From: Nanobdellati archaeon
Lineage (GTDB): Archaea; EX4484-52; GLR71
Assembly (NCBI GenBank): GCA_019429005.1
Contig: JAHYJR010000008.1
Coordinates: forward strand, 1-39,100
Direction: 5' to 3'
DNA length: 39,100 nucleotides
The translations under genes were made by a program, and so were the position numbers. Below, one piece after another: positions 38,093 to 39,100 of this stretch. Numbering within the stretch: position 1 is the stretch's first letter; each line of letters opens with the position of its first letter. The notes beneath the pieces were generated by a model. That model saw only the letters and a list, made by a program, of their open reading frames with translations, was not told where the DNA came from and ran no database searches.

Positions 38093-38110
38093 TATAAATA
38101 TTTCGGTTAT
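38093..38110 (-). promoter_or_regulatory. BRE-TATA promoter identical to 8482-8499
   Basis: 18/18 match, 51 bp upstream of ATG 38042. Confidence 0.75.
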
Positions 38111-38243
38111 GTTGTTATTCAAAACAAACATAAATCAATTATAATAGACTAATAAAAACCAAAAAAAATCTTAATTCCAATATCTGTGTAGAATAAACTC
38201 CTACACAAATATCAAAATTTAACTAAACAAAAACATATTATTC

Positions 38244-38750
38244 TTAATCTGAGTTAGATGCATAAAGCACTGCACCGATTATAACGGCAAGAAGCACAAG
38301 TGTCATAACGGTATCATTTATACCAAAACCCACACTCATACCTGGACCTGCAATAAACCATACTATTGCTGCAATAATTAAAATAACAAAAAAACCAGTT
38401 CTTTTATTTTTAGCTGGATCTGCACCAGCCCATAAAGCAGACACATCAAGCCCAAGCATACCTGCAATAAGAATCATTGCTAAAATTCCAACAATTATTG
38501 TACTTGAACCACCGAAAAGCTGTGTGAGATAAAGACCAAAAGTCATACCAAACGGTGTATAAGCAATAACAAAGAATGCTAAAACAAGACTTACTATCTC
38601 TGCAAGTTTACCTTTACCAGTCGTACCCCCTTTTAAAAAATCAACCTTGCTCAATAACCCTAAAAAGATTGCATAAAACAATAAAAATGGTAGAAGCACA
38701 TCAAAGACGCCTAACTGTTGCATATTTCCCATAAACGAATAAAGATCCAT
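38244..38750 (-). CDS. Multi-pass membrane protein, LPF-motif family
   Basis: MDLYSFMGNMQ subtype; closest to 37530-38042. Confidence 0.85.
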   Translation of the reverse strand: MDLYSFMGNMQQLGVFDVLLPFLLFYAIFLGLLSKVDFLKGGTTGKGKLAEIVSLVLAFFVIAYTPFGMTFGLYLTQLFGGSSTIIVGILAMILIAGMLGLDVSALWAGADPAKNKRTGFFVILIIAAIVWFIAGPGMSVGFGINDTVMTLVLLAVIIGAVLYASNSD

Positions 38751-38947
38751 AATAATCATCAAATATTAATTAATACCATTAAGATTCTTGCTATTTATAT
38801 AATTTTTTATGATATTTGAGTTTTGAGATTTTCTTATAAACATAATTTTTGTATTATAGCTTATAAGATAATTTATATTTTGTATATATTATTGATACAA
38901 TTTTTGTATATCTATATATTATAGTATATTAACAAAAAACGATAATT

Positions 38948-39100
38948 TAGATATACTATAAATATACACATTATAGATATACTATAAATATACACATTAT
39001 AGATATACTATAAATATACACATTATAGATATACTATAAATATACACATTATAGATATACTATAAATATACACATTATAGATATACTATAAATATACACA
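38948..39100. repeat. Perfect 26-bp tandem array TAGATATACTATAAATATACACATTA, ~5.9 copies, truncated by the window end
   Basis: Units start at 38948, 38974, 39000, 39026, 39052 and 39078 with no spacers. Confidence 0.97.

Noticed and set aside
38948-39100. CRISPR array
   Set aside because: 26-bp units are contiguous with no spacers; no cas genes in the window.

Overview
AT-rich, gene-dense archaeal DNA, most likely from a DPANN-type (small-genome, host-associated) archaeon. Evidence: S17e, Nop5, fibrillarin, stand-alone Bud32, tRNA-Gln with A1-U72, GGTGAT ribosome-binding sites, BRE-TATA promoters; the lineage call is inference. Housekeeping genes (short-chain prenyl synthase, fni, metG, gpmI, HIT, MFS, HD hydrolase) surround a very large surface-structure system. 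(i) 8.1-22.5 kb: 18 genes with class III (prepilin-type) signal peptides, from ~50-aa mini-pilins and Cys-rich micro-domain pilins to a 1,243-aa giant, plus two pilin-like proteins with Gly/Ala-rich, possibly membrane-inserting segments; two paralogous Ca-loop beta-propeller genes interrupt the cluster. (ii) 29.4-38.8 kb: a type IV pilus ATPase and a double-length platform protein, two divergent coiled-coil genes, and six tandem paralogous membrane proteins with signs of gene conversion. An identical 18-bp promoter element precedes one pilin and one membrane paralogue. Also present: a 33-copy 11-bp tandem array that varies at one position only, a perfect 26-bp array running off the window end, and a surface-protein gene split by one in-frame TAA. 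No prepilin peptidase, CRISPR array or mobile element was seen. All calls come from reading motifs by eye; no searches were run.
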